Assembly: GCA_963695555.1 (NCBI GenBank)
Contig: CAVOGR010000005.1
Span: 384,001-448,000, forward strand
Length of the DNA stretch: 64,000 nucleotides
Source: an uncultured Gemmatimonadales bacterium
GTDB taxonomy: Bacteria > Gemmatimonadota > Gemmatimonadetes > Gemmatimonadales > GWC2-71-9
Reading direction: 5' to 3'
This document shows positions 53,936 to 64,000 of this stretch, one piece after another. Made by a program: the position numbers and the translations under genes. How positions within the stretch are numbered: the first letter of the stretch is position 1; every line of letters starts with the position of its first letter. The notes beneath the pieces were generated by a model that made no database searches, was not told the origin of the DNA, and saw nothing but the letters and a program-made list of their open reading frames with translations.

Positions 53936-54834
53936 TGGCGCAGCGTCCACCGCCGACCGCCGGCCGCGCCGAGACCTGCCCCGACGCAAGCCGCGTCTGG
54001 CGCAAGCTCCGCGCGCCACCGCGTGCGCCGATCGGTCGGCGGCGTGATCGTCGGCTTCTTCGTCGCTCGTGGCACTGCTCGCGCCGCTGGCTCGCCGCCC
54101 TACGACCCGACGGCGACCGACTGGACGCGCGATCCGCAAGCCGCCGTCGGCGGCGCACTGGTTCGGCACCGACGAGATCGGCCGCGACGTGCTCTCGCCG
54201 CATGATCTGGGGGGCGCGGGCCTCGCTGCTGGCCGGCGTCGTCTCGGTCGCCATCGCCGTCGCCGCTCGGCGTGCCGCTCGGCGTGCTCGCCGGCTACTG
54301 TCGGCGGCTGGACCGACGCGCTGATCTCGCGCGTGCACCGAGGCGCTGCTGGCCGCGCCCTTCCTGATCCTCGCCATCGCGCTGGCCGCCTTCCTCGGCC
54401 CGAGCGCTGACCAACGCGATGATCGCCATCGGCATCTCGGCCGCGCCGATCTTCGTCCGCCTCGCCCGCGGCCAGACGCTTGGCGGTCGAGACCGAGGAC
54501 TACGTCGAGGGCGCGCGCGCCATCGGCCGTCGGCCACCTCGCGCATCATCGCTCCGCTACATCCTGCCCAACATCACCGCCGCCGATCCTGGTGCAGGCG
54601 ACGCTGACCATCGCCACGGCGATCATCGCCGAGGCCTGCGCTGTCCTTCCTCGGCCTCGGCCAGCAGCCGCCGGCGCCGTCCTGGGGCTCGATGCTGAAC
54701 ATCGCCAAGAACTTCCTCGAGCAGGCGCCCTGGATGGCGCTGTAGCCCGGGCATCGCGATCTTCCTCGTGGTGCTCGGCTTCAACCTGCTCGGCGACGGG
54801 CTGCGCGACGCGCTCGATCCGCGCGACACACTGA
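53935..54834 (+). CDS. Peptide ABC permease (DppC-like), frameshifted
   Basis: [48 protein letters not shown]. Confidence 0.85.
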
Positions 54835-54855
54835 CCCGAGCCAAGGAACACGTCC

Positions 54856-56671
54856 ATGTCCACCTTCACCACCCGCCCCGAGATCATCGGCACCTTCGGC
54901 GTCGTCACCTCGACCCACTGGATCGCGTCCGCCGTCGGCATGGCGATCCTGGAAAGCGGCGGCAACGCCTTCGACGCCGCCGTCGCCACGGGCTTCGTGC
55001 TGCAGGTGGTCGAGCCGCACCTGAACGGCCCCGGCGGCGACATGCCGGTGATCTTCCATCCGGCGCAACGAGGACGGCGGCCGAGGTGCTCTGCGGCCAG
55101 GGCGCCGCGCCGGCCGGCGCCACCATCGCGCCTACCGCGACCTCGGGCTCGACCTGGTGCCCGGCTCGGGCCTGCTCGCCACGGTCGTGCCGGGCGCCTT
55201 CGACGCCTGGATGCTGCTGCTGCGCGACCACGGCACCATGCCGCTCGCGCGAGGTGCTGGAGCCGGCGATCGACTACGCCGCGCACGGCCATCCGATGCT
55301 GCCGCGCGTCGCCGCGACCATCGCCGGTCTGGCCGACTTCTTCCGCGAGCGAATGGCCGACCTCGGCCGCGATCTGGCTGCCGGGCGGCCGTGCCCCGCG
55401 CGCCGGGCGCCTGTTCCGCAACCCCGAGCTCGCCGACACCTAGCGACCGCATCCTCGCCGAGGCCGAGGCGGCCGGCGCGGCCGCGAGGCGCAGATCGAG
55501 GCGGCGCGCGCGCGCCTTCTACGCAGGGCTTCGTCGCCGAGGCGATCGACCGCTTCTGCCGCACGCCGGAGGTGCATGGACGCCACCGGCCGGCGCCACA
55601 CGGCGGCGTGCTGACCGGCGACGACATGGCCGGCTGGCAGGCCAGCTACGAGGCGCCGCTGACCGTCGACTACGGCGGCTGGACGCGTCGTGCAAGAGCG
55701 GCCCCTGGAGCCAGGGCCCGGTGCTCCTGCAGCACGCTTGCGCTGCTCGACGGCTTCGACCTCGCCGCGATGGACCCGACGGCGCCGACTTCGTCCACAC
55801 GGTGGTCGAGGCGATGAAGCTCGCCTTCGCCGACCGCGAGGCCTTCTACGGCGACCCCGACTTCGTCGACGTCCCGATCGACACGCTGCTGTCGCGACGC
55901 CTACGCCGCCGCGCGCCGCGCGCTGATCGGCGCCGCGGCCTCGCTCGAGCTGCGGCCCGGGCTGCTCGCCGGCTACGCGGCCCAGGTCGACGCCGCACGC
56001 TGGCGCCGGCCGCCGACAGCCCGAGCCGGCGCGGCGCCGGCGTCGGCGAGCCGACCATGGCGCATCTGCAGCGAACGCCGCGGCGACACCGTCCACGTCG
56101 ACGTCATCGACCGCTGGGGCAACATGGTCTCGGCCACGCCCTCGGGCGGCTGGCTGCAGATCCTCGCCGGTCGATCCCCGAGCTCGGCTTCCCGCTGAAC
56201 ACGCGCGCGCAGATGTTCTGGCTGGACGAGGGCCTGCCGCCATCGCTCGCGCCCGGGCGGCGGCCGCGCACCACGCTGTCGCCGTCGCTCGCGCTGCGCG
56301 ACGGCGGGCCGCTGCATCGCCTTCGGCACGCCCGGCGGCGACCAGCAGGACCAGTGGCAGCTCGCGCTGTTCCTGCGCCACGTCCACCACGGCATGAACC
56401 TGCAGGAGGCGATCGACGCGCCGCTGTTCCACACCAGCGCATTTCCAGAGCTCGTTCTATCCCGCGCGAGCCAACCCGGCCGGGCACCTGATGGTCGAGC
56501 CGGCGCTTCGGCGAGGCGGTCATCGCCGAGCTGCGCCGCCGCGGCCACGACGTCGAGGTCGCCGAGCCCTGGAGCGTCGGCCGGCTCACCGCCGCGCGCC
56601 GCGACGCCGACGGCCTCCTGCGCGCCGCCGCCACGCCGCGGCTGATGCAGGCCTACGCGGTCGGGCGCTGA
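54856..56671 (+). CDS. Gamma-glutamyltransferase family protein, frameshifted
   Basis: [50 protein letters not shown] (nucleophile Thr), GTPGGDQQ. Confidence 0.9.
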
Positions 56672-56679
56672 GGAGCCCC

Positions 56680-57427
56680 ATGACCTACTCCATCGTCGGC
56701 CGTGACCCCCAGACCGGCCACATCGGCGTCGCCGTGGCCAGCCGCTTCTTCGCGGTCGGCGCGGTGGTTCCCTACACGGCGGCGACCACCGCCGTTGCCA
56801 CCCAGGCCTTCGTCAATCCGCTCTACGGCGTCGAGGGCCGCCACGCCTCGCCGGTGGCGAGCCCGCCGCGGCCGTGATCGCCGACTTCACCGCCCGCGAC
56901 GGCACGCCGCCCAGCGCCAGGTCCACATGATCGACGGCGCCGGCGACTTCGCCGCCTATACCGGTACGGACTGCGTCGACTGGGCTGGACACGTCGTCGG
57001 CACCGACTGCTCGGTTGCCGGCAACATGCTCGCCGGCCCCGACGTCGTCGCCGACACCTGCGAGACCTTCGAGTGCGGCCGCGGCCTGCGCCTGCCAGAG
57101 CGCCTGCTGGCAGCCATGGAGGCCGGCGAGCGCGCCGGCGGCGACAAGCGCGGCCGCCAGTCCGCGGCGTTGCGCGTCCACCGCGGCGAGGACTACCGCT
57201 GGATCGACATCCGCGCCGACGACCACGCCGACCCGCTGGCCGAGCTCCGCCGCCTGATGGCCGTTGCCGAGGAACGCTACCTGCATTTCGTCGAGGCCCT
57301 GGCCACTCGCGCCGACTTCACAGGTATGGTGGACCGCGCGCCGCTCGACCGCGCCATCCGCGCTGCCGAGGAACAGCGCCGCGCCGCCGGCCTTTCCAGC
57401 GTCTCCTTCGCCACGCCCCTGCTCTGA
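56680..57427 (+). CDS. DUF1028 (Ntn-hydrolase-like) protein, frameshifted
   Basis: [51 protein letters not shown]. Confidence 0.9.
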
Positions 57428-57559
57428 TCGCCGCGCGAGCAGCCCCGGCTCGACCGGGGTGATCAGAGTTCGGCAGGCCGACTTATTGCATAGAAGTGCG
57501 AACGGCCTGGAGGGCAACAAGCCACCGCGGCTCTCCTGAAACTGTCGGGACAAGACGAG

Positions 57560-58070
57560 CGCGGACTCGCCAACGTCGTATCGACGCAGCATCCCGGCGA
57601 TCGGCGATCCGAGGCGTTGGCCAAAGTGGAAAGACCCGCGGAAGCGCCACAATCTGAACCGCGGCGCGGCTGAAGATTGAGGGTATGTAGCTAGTCATGT
57701 CATGCTGGCTGGCCCTCAAGCGTGACCGTGAATGGAATCCGCGCCGACCCTGTACACCGATCCGTTGCGCTCCATCCGCCCCGATCTGCTCCGGACACCA
57801 TCCCAAGGCAGGGCAATCATCGACGTGGGCACGCAGGTGGGTGGAGGGCACGATCCTCGAGCCGCGCAGCTTGCCCGCCCGGGCACGCCGTGCGCGGCGC
57901 TATCCGGCGTGTTGCCGTAGGCGCACCGGTCGCGGGCGGGTTCGCGCTGGATCGTGCCACGGTGCCGGCCGGGCCGCCCGGCGATCTCGCTGACGCCCAG
58001 GCCCATCTCCACCAGGCCGCGCAAAGTCGCATCCTTCCTCAAGGCTGAGGTGGCTGTATCTCTGTCCCAT
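57560..58070 (-). mobile_element. Degenerate IS30-family transposase remnant
   Basis: MGQRYSHLSLEE, IA..GRHRGTIQRE, GWCPEQI across broken frames. No DDE core is recognisable. Confidence 0.65.
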
Positions 58071-58353
58071 GGCGATCCCAGACATAGCCGGTGTCGCAAT
58101 TGGTTTGTGACTTTGCGGGCTGGGTCCGCCACCCCGACCTCTCCGCTGGCCAGGAATACAGCGTGTTCGGCGCGGGCTGCGCTTCACGCCGCCAACGTGC
58201 CAAGTTTCGATGATACGGTATTGACGGGTCCAGCCGCGCGGGCTTACGGTGCAATCAACTAGCGGAGACTTCGCGGGCCAGCACAACTCGCCTCGCATGC
58301 TTCCTTCGGGCCTACGCGCTAGTTAAATCAAAATCTAGGGAAGGAGACCACCG

Positions 58354-60109
58354 ATGAGGTCCGGTCACAAACTAATGGCAATCTTTACGATTGCCATGTC
58401 TTCGGCGTCACTGCTTGCCGTGCAGTCCGCCGTTGCCCAGGGCAGTCCGATCGACAACATCACGCCGGTCACCGACGAGATGCTGCTCAACCCACCGGAC
58501 GGCGACTGGCTGATGTGGCGGCGCACCTACGATGGGTGGGGCTACAGCCCGCTCGACCAGATTAACAAGGAAAACGTCGGCGATCTTCAGCTGGCCTGGG
58601 CCTGGAGCATGACACCGGGGCGGACGCAGGAGAACTCCGCTGGCCCACGACGGGATCCTTTACATCCAGAACGCCGACCAGTTGATCCAAGCTCTCGACG
58701 GGGCCACCGGCGACCTTATCTGGGAGTATGAATACCAGCTGCCGGATGACGTGGCCCCGAGGGGGATCCGCAACAAGGCAATCTACCAAGACAAGCTGAT
58801 CATCGCGACCCGCGACGCCCATCTCATCGCGCTCGACGCCAAGACGGGCCAGTTGGTCTGGGACCAGCAGGTCGCCAACTACAAGCACGGCTGGGGCTAT
58901 TCCAGCGGACCGATCGTGGCAAACGGGGTCATTGTCCAGGGCATGACCAACTGCAGCAACGCCCAGCCGGGCGGGTGCTTCTTCACCGGGCACGACGTCA
59001 ATACCGGTGCGGAATTGTGGCGCGTCAACACCATCGCCCGGGGCGACACGCCCGAGGGCAGACAGCTGGAACGGCGTTCCGCTGGCGAGCCGCCACGGCG
59101 CCTCAGCGTGGATCGCTGGCTCCTACGACCCCGAGCAGAACCTGGTTTCGATGGGCGTCGGCCAGCCCTATCCGTGGAACGTCGAGATCGCCGGGCTTAC
59201 CCCTCCGAGCTCGGATTCCAACGTCACCAACGACGCGCTATACACCAACTCTACGCTCGCCTTCGACGCGACCACCGGCGAGCTGAAGTGGTACCATCAG
59301 TATCTCCCGATCGACACGCTCGACCTCGACTACGTCTATGAGCGCTTGCTCATCGACCTGCCGGTCGATGGTCAGGAGCGCAGTACGGTGGTGACGACCG
59401 GCAAGATCGGCATCATCGAGGCCATCGACCGGACCACCGGCGAATGGCTCTGGGCCAAGGAGACGTGCGCCGCAGAACGTGGTGCTCTCGATCGATCCGG
59501 AAACTGGCGAGAAGGACGATCAATCCGGAGGTGATTCCGGTAATCGGCGAGACCACCTTCAACTGCCCGGCCGATCCGGGTGCCAAAGCCTGGCAGGCCA
59601 CGGCCTACAGCCCGCGGACCCAGGCGCTGTATCTGCCGACGGTAGAGTTCTGCTCGAACACGACGGTCAACCCGCTAGACCCGGGCCAGATCTACACCGG
59701 CGGCGGCCTGCAGACCTACTCTCGCGTGCCGGTGCCCGACAGCGACGGCAACATCGGCCAGGTCCGTGCCATCAAGCTGACCGACCAGTCGGAGATGTGG
59801 CAGTACCGGCAGCGTCCGCCGGTCACCAGTTCGACCCTGCCGACCGGCGGCGGCGTGGTGTTCGTCGGCAGTCTCGACCGCAAGTTCATGGCCTTCGACG
59901 ACGAGACCGGCGAGCTGCTGTGGACCAGCCCGACGCTGAGCAATTCGCTCGAATCCTTCCCGATCACCTACGAGGCCGGCGGCAAGCAGTACGTGGCGAT
60001 AGTCGCGAATTTCGCCTCGGGCCTCGGCCGCTCGCAGTCGCTGACCCCGGAAGTGAAACTTCCGTCGAACGACCCGATTACGCTATACGTCTTCGCGCTT
60101 CCCGACTGA
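58354..60109 (+). CDS. Periplasmic PQQ-dependent dehydrogenase, frameshifted (~58630, ~59060, ~59470)
   Basis: Signal peptide, DWLMWRRTYDGWGYSPLDQINKENVGDLQLAW, ALDAKTG..VW beta-propeller repeats, PITYEAGGKQYVAI, LYVFALP. Confidence 0.92.
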
Positions 60110-60176
60110 TCGGCTGAGCGCATCCCCAGAACCAGCCCGGGCGGACCTGGAGGCATCCAGTCCGCCCGGCGCCTTT

Positions 60177-61061
60177 ATGAGGTCCGACCTTGCCCGTCTG
60201 CTTTCGCGATTACGCGTCGTGCCGTTGCGCTCGCTGGCGTTCGCGCTGACAGTTGCGGTCGGCCGCGCTGTCGCCAGGGCCGTGTTCGGCGCAGGAACCA
60301 GAATTCTACGACGAGCCGTACGCCCCGGACCAGTGGACCTTCGGCCGGCGGCTGGACGAGTTGCAGCTTCGCTACTGCGTGGATCGGCGCGACCCCGACT
60401 GGGAGGTGGCCGGCGCCATCGCCGACGCCATCGCCGCTGCGCTGCTGCTCGAGCCGCAGCGATACGTGGTCGAAAGCGAGATCGTCCTCGAGGACATCAC
60501 CAACGTCTACGCGGTCATGCTGGAGCACTGTGACGTTCACATGGGCTTCAAGCTGATCCCCGAGGGCTATGCCAACTGGGTCACGCTGACACGCGCCTAC
60601 TACGAAACCCAATACGTCTTCGTCACCGCCGACCCCGACACCCGCGCGCTCGCCGACTCTGGCGCCCGGGCGCCCGATCGGCGCGACGATGGGCAAGTTC
60701 GGCGCATATTCGGCTGGTCTCCTACCTCACGGCCATGCCCGCCGAAGATCGCTGGCCGGCGTTCCCGATGGGCACCGACGCCTGGCCCTCGAGTCGCTTC
60801 TCAACGGCACGGTCGACGTCGCCCTCGTCTGGGCCCCCAGTCTGTGGGCGAGGCAGCGCGCAGGATGCCGCCTACGCCGACCTGCGCGTGATCGACCCGA
60901 ACCCACTGCCGCCGACCACCCTTGGGGTAGGCGCGCTGCTCCTCGCCGACGAGACCTTCCTGCGCACGGCCGTCGACGAGGCGATCGCCGCGCTGAGCGC
61001 GGACGGGACGATCGCCGGCATCCTCGAGATGTATGCGTTTCCGGCGACGGCCGGGCCCTGA
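60177..61061 (+). CDS. Quinoprotein-associated family 3 substrate-binding protein (MoxJ-like), frameshifted
   Basis: LRYCVD, CDVHMG, TRAYYETQYVFV, VDVALVWAP, DGTIAGILE. Confidence 0.75.
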
Positions 61062-62065
61062 TGCCGGGAACGTCGAACTCCGGCCCCGCCATCCGCGTCG
61101 ACGCTGTATCCAAGCGCTACGGGCGCACGCTGGCGCTGGACGACATCAGCTTCGAGGTTCGCGACCGGGAGCTATTCGCGCTGCTGGGACCCAACGGCGC
61201 AGGCAAGACGACACTCCTGCACATCCTGTGCACGATCCTGCGCCCCGACAGCGGCGTGGCGCTGATCGGCGGCCACGACGTGGTCAAGGAGCCGCTGGCC
61301 GCCCGCCGTCGTCTCGGCATCGTCTTTCAGGAACCGAGCCTCGACGACCGGCTGACGGTTCGCGAGAACCTCGAGCTGCACGGGCTGGTGTTCGGGGTGC
61401 CGCGGAAGCTGCGGCGGCAGCGCATCGAGGAGATGCTGGCGCTGGTGGAGCTGGCCGACTGGGCGGACAGGCCGGCGCGCACGCTGTCCTCGGGCATGAA
61501 GCGCCGGCTGGAGATCGCCCGTGCACTGATCCATGATTCCGAGGTCATGCTCCTCGACGAACCGACGGTCGGGCTCGACGCCCAGACCCGCGAGCGCATC
61601 TGGTCCTACATCCGCCGCCTGCGCGCCGAGCGGCAAATCACCGTGCTGGTGACCACCCACTACATCGAGGAAGTCGAAGGCTGCGACCGGGTCTGCGTCG
61701 TGGACCAGGGCAAGGTCTTGGCCCTCGACACGCCCGAGGCGCTAAAGCGCGACCATGGCCAGCAGTTGCTGCGCATCGTCCCCAGGGCCGAGGACGATCG
61801 CGACGAGATCCTGGCACGCTATGCGGATCGACTGGCGGGCGCCACGGGGGAGAAGGGCGAGGCCATCCTGCTCGCCTCGGACGACGCTTTCGCCGAGGCG
61901 TTCCTCGCCGAACACGCCGGCCGCATCCGCTCGCTGGCGGTCGAGGTGCCGAGCCTGGAGTTGGTGTTCCTGTCACTGACCGGGCGCGCGCTCCGCGACC
62001 AGCCCGCCAGCGCCCGCGAGCGCACCCTCGCCTTCGGCAAGCGCGGAGGAGAACACACCCGATGA
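61061..62065 (+). CDS. ABC-2 type ATP-binding protein
   Basis: LGPNGAGKTT, FQEPSLDDRLT, LSSGMKRRLEIAR, LDEPTVGLD. Confidence 0.92.
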   Translation: MPGTSNSGPAIRVDAVSKRYGRTLALDDISFEVRDRELFALLGPNGAGKTTLLHILCTILRPDSGVALIGGHDVVKEPLAARRRLGIVFQEPSLDDRLTVRENLELHGLVFGVPRKLRRQRIEEMLALVELADWADRPARTLSSGMKRRLEIARALIHDSEVMLLDEPTVGLDAQTRERIWSYIRRLRAERQITVLVTTHYIEEVEGCDRVCVVDQGKVLALDTPEALKRDHGQQLLRIVPRAEDDRDEILARYADRLAGATGEKGEAILLASDDAFAEAFLAEHAGRIRSLAVEVPSLELVFLSLTGRALRDQPASARERTLAFGKRGGEHTR

Positions 62066-62916
62066 CCAACGCCGACAGTGCCTCCAAATCGCGCGCGGCG
62101 CCCCGGTCGCTTCTGCTGATCCAGCTCGGCGGGCTCTACGGCATCTGGCTGCGCGAGGTGAAGCGCGCGATCCGCGACCGCGGCCAGCTGGTCGGGGGCA
62201 TCAGCCGGCCCATTCTGTGGGTGCTGATCCTCGGCATCGGCCTCAATCCCTATTTTCGCGGCGAGGTCTACGGCGAGGTGACCTTCGTCGTGCCGTTCAC
62301 CTATCTGCAGTTCATCTTTCCCGCCGTAGTGGCGCTGAACATCATGTTCACCTCTGTCCAGTCGGCGGTCTCGGTGATCTGGGATCGCGAGTTCGGCTTC
62401 TTGCGCGAGGTGCTGGTCTCTCCGATGTCGCGCGGCACGGTGTTGCTCGGCAAGGTGCTGGGCGGCACGACGGTGGCGGTGATCCACGGCTGCCTGGTGC
62501 TTCTGCTCGCCCGTTTCGCCGACGTGCCGCTGACCTGGCTCGACGTGCTGAGGGCCATCGGCCTCATGGCCATGCTGGCCTTTGCGATGACCTCGCTCGG
62601 GGTGGTGATCGCCAACCGCGTGCGCAGTTTCGAAGGCTTCGGCGTCTTCTCCAACGCCGTCATCCTGCCGCTCTACTTCACGTCGAGCTCGATCTTTCCC
62701 CTCAACCCGGCGCTGACCGGCGCCCAGACCCGGGTCGTCTACCCCGAATGGCTGGTTACCATCGTCGAGTACAATCCGCTGACCTATGCCGTGGACGCGC
62801 TGCGCGGCGTGCTCATCAACTACAACCAGTTCGAGCCCAGCCTCGGGATCGTGGTCATGGGTGTCGCCTGCGTGGTGCTGTTCGCGATCGCGCTCTACGA
62901 CTTCCGCAGGATGTGA
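62062..62916 (+). CDS. ABC-2 type permease
   Basis: WDREFGFLREVLVSP, LLGK, NPLTYAVDALR. Confidence 0.92.
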   Translation: MTNADSASKSRAAPRSLLLIQLGGLYGIWLREVKRAIRDRGQLVGGISRPILWVLILGIGLNPYFRGEVYGEVTFVVPFTYLQFIFPAVVALNIMFTSVQSAVSVIWDREFGFLREVLVSPMSRGTVLLGKVLGGTTVAVIHGCLVLLLARFADVPLTWLDVLRAIGLMAMLAFAMTSLGVVIANRVRSFEGFGVFSNAVILPLYFTSSSIFPLNPALTGAQTRVVYPEWLVTIVEYNPLTYAVDALRGVLINYNQFEPSLGIVVMGVACVVLFAIALYDFRRM

Positions 62917-62926
62917 GCGTTTCGGC

Positions 62927-63745
62927 ATGCGCATCCTGCGGCAACTGGCGCGCAACCTCGGCGGCATCGTCGTCGTCGTCGGCCTGTTGCTGATGGTCAC
63001 CTTCCTGCCGCCCGATACCTCGCTTGCCGAGGTCGAGGCGAACGGCGCCATTCGCGCCTGCGTGCCCACAAGCTACCCGCCGCTGATCACCGGCGACCCA
63101 GGCAAGCCGGGGATCGACATCGAGATTCTCCAGGCCGTTGCCGACTACATGGGCGTGAAGCTGCTGATCAGCCCAAGCGATGCCATGGGCCGCGACTTCA
63201 ATCCGCGCAACTGGGCCATCAACCGCGCCAAGTGCCAGGTGCTCGCCGGGGGCGTCGTCGATTCGACGCTCACCCGCTCGTTCCTCGATACCGGGCCGCC
63301 CTACGCGCGGACCGGCTGGGCGATCGTGGCGCCGGAACCGCTGGAAGGGATCGACGGCCTCACCCTCGGGGCGCTCACCATCATCTCCGGCCTCGATCGC
63401 ATCGGCCTCGCCAGCTACCTGCGCGCTCACGACGTCACCGTCCGTGTCGTTCGCAGCGGCGAAGCGCTCGTCGAAGGCATCGCGAGCGGCGAGCTCGACG
63501 GCGGCATCAGCGAGGCGCTGCTGGCCGGCGGGCTCGCGGCGGACAAGGGTTGGTGGGTTGCCCCGATGTCCGACGAGCTTGTGCGCTACAATCTGGTCTT
63601 CGGGCTCTGGAAGGGCGACCTCACGCTGAAGCGCGAGATCGTCAAGGCGTTCCGAGAGCTGGAAGCGGACGGTAGCCTGGCTGACATTCTCGAGCGCTAC
63701 GGGGCGCCGCCGCTGGGACAGGACGCCATCGCCCCGGCACCCTGA
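62927..63745 (+). CDS. Family 3 substrate-binding protein
   Basis: N-terminal TM, IRACVPTSYPP, PGIDIEIL..VA, DGSLADILERY. Confidence 0.8.
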   Translation: MRILRQLARNLGGIVVVVGLLLMVTFLPPDTSLAEVEANGAIRACVPTSYPPLITGDPGKPGIDIEILQAVADYMGVKLLISPSDAMGRDFNPRNWAINRAKCQVLAGGVVDSTLTRSFLDTGPPYARTGWAIVAPEPLEGIDGLTLGALTIISGLDRIGLASYLRAHDVTVRVVRSGEALVEGIASGELDGGISEALLAGGLAADKGWWVAPMSDELVRYNLVFGLWKGDLTLKREIVKAFRELEADGSLADILERYGAPPLGQDAIAPAP

Positions 63746-64000
63746 TGGACCCGCGGGACCGTCCACCAGCGCCCAACTCGTGCCAAATCGCTTCCAAAAC
63801 CCTAAAAAGTGGCAAGCCTGATTCCAGCCGCTTTCCAGCCGCATTCCAGCCTCAAAAAACGGCACATTTTCATAAGCTTGCCCCGCATCCGCCGATGCGC
63901 AGCGATTTTCGCATCACTCCGCTTCGCCGCAGCCGGTATGAACCCACGTTCACCTGCCGAGAATGACCGACGCCAGTACGGTATGGGCCGGGCCGAGAAG

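Overview
The window behaves like three unrelated high-GC genomic segments joined end to end, and genes are cut on both sides of each junction. Segment 1 (about 1-22305) looks Gemmatimonadota-like. It has three paralogous Hanks-type Ser/Thr kinases in a repeat-rich variable region downstream of tRNA-Arg(CCT), a ~2 kb integrase-less islet at that tRNA, the housekeeping run DUF512-der-plsY-gpsA-merR-surE-pcm-dedA-acyP-apt, and a TonB-dependent receptor. Segment 2 (about 22305-45690) looks actinobacterial (Acidimicrobiia-like). It has a nucleoside ABC/salvage operon, an MFS transporter, a membrane-sensor GGDEF/degenerate-EAL protein divergent from a secreted S8 protease ending in 16 W-periodic pentapeptides (12 perfect GATWS), tRNA-Leu(TAA), maf, DUF501/ppx, coxG and a mocA-like gene. 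Segment 3 (about 45690-64000) looks alphaproteobacterial. It has kbl, a complete IS1202/ISNCY-type IS with a 17-bp target duplication, a GntR-dpp-ggt-DUF1028 operon, an IS30 remnant and a PQQ dehydrogenase cluster. Frameshifts are frequent, densest at about 22.3-24 kb and 45.7-57 kb, and are most likely uncorrected long-read indels. Taxonomic and family calls come from motif recognition, not database searches. The best candidates for undescribed biology are the GATWS-tailed protease/diguanylate cyclase pair and the tRNA-Arg islet with its repeat array.
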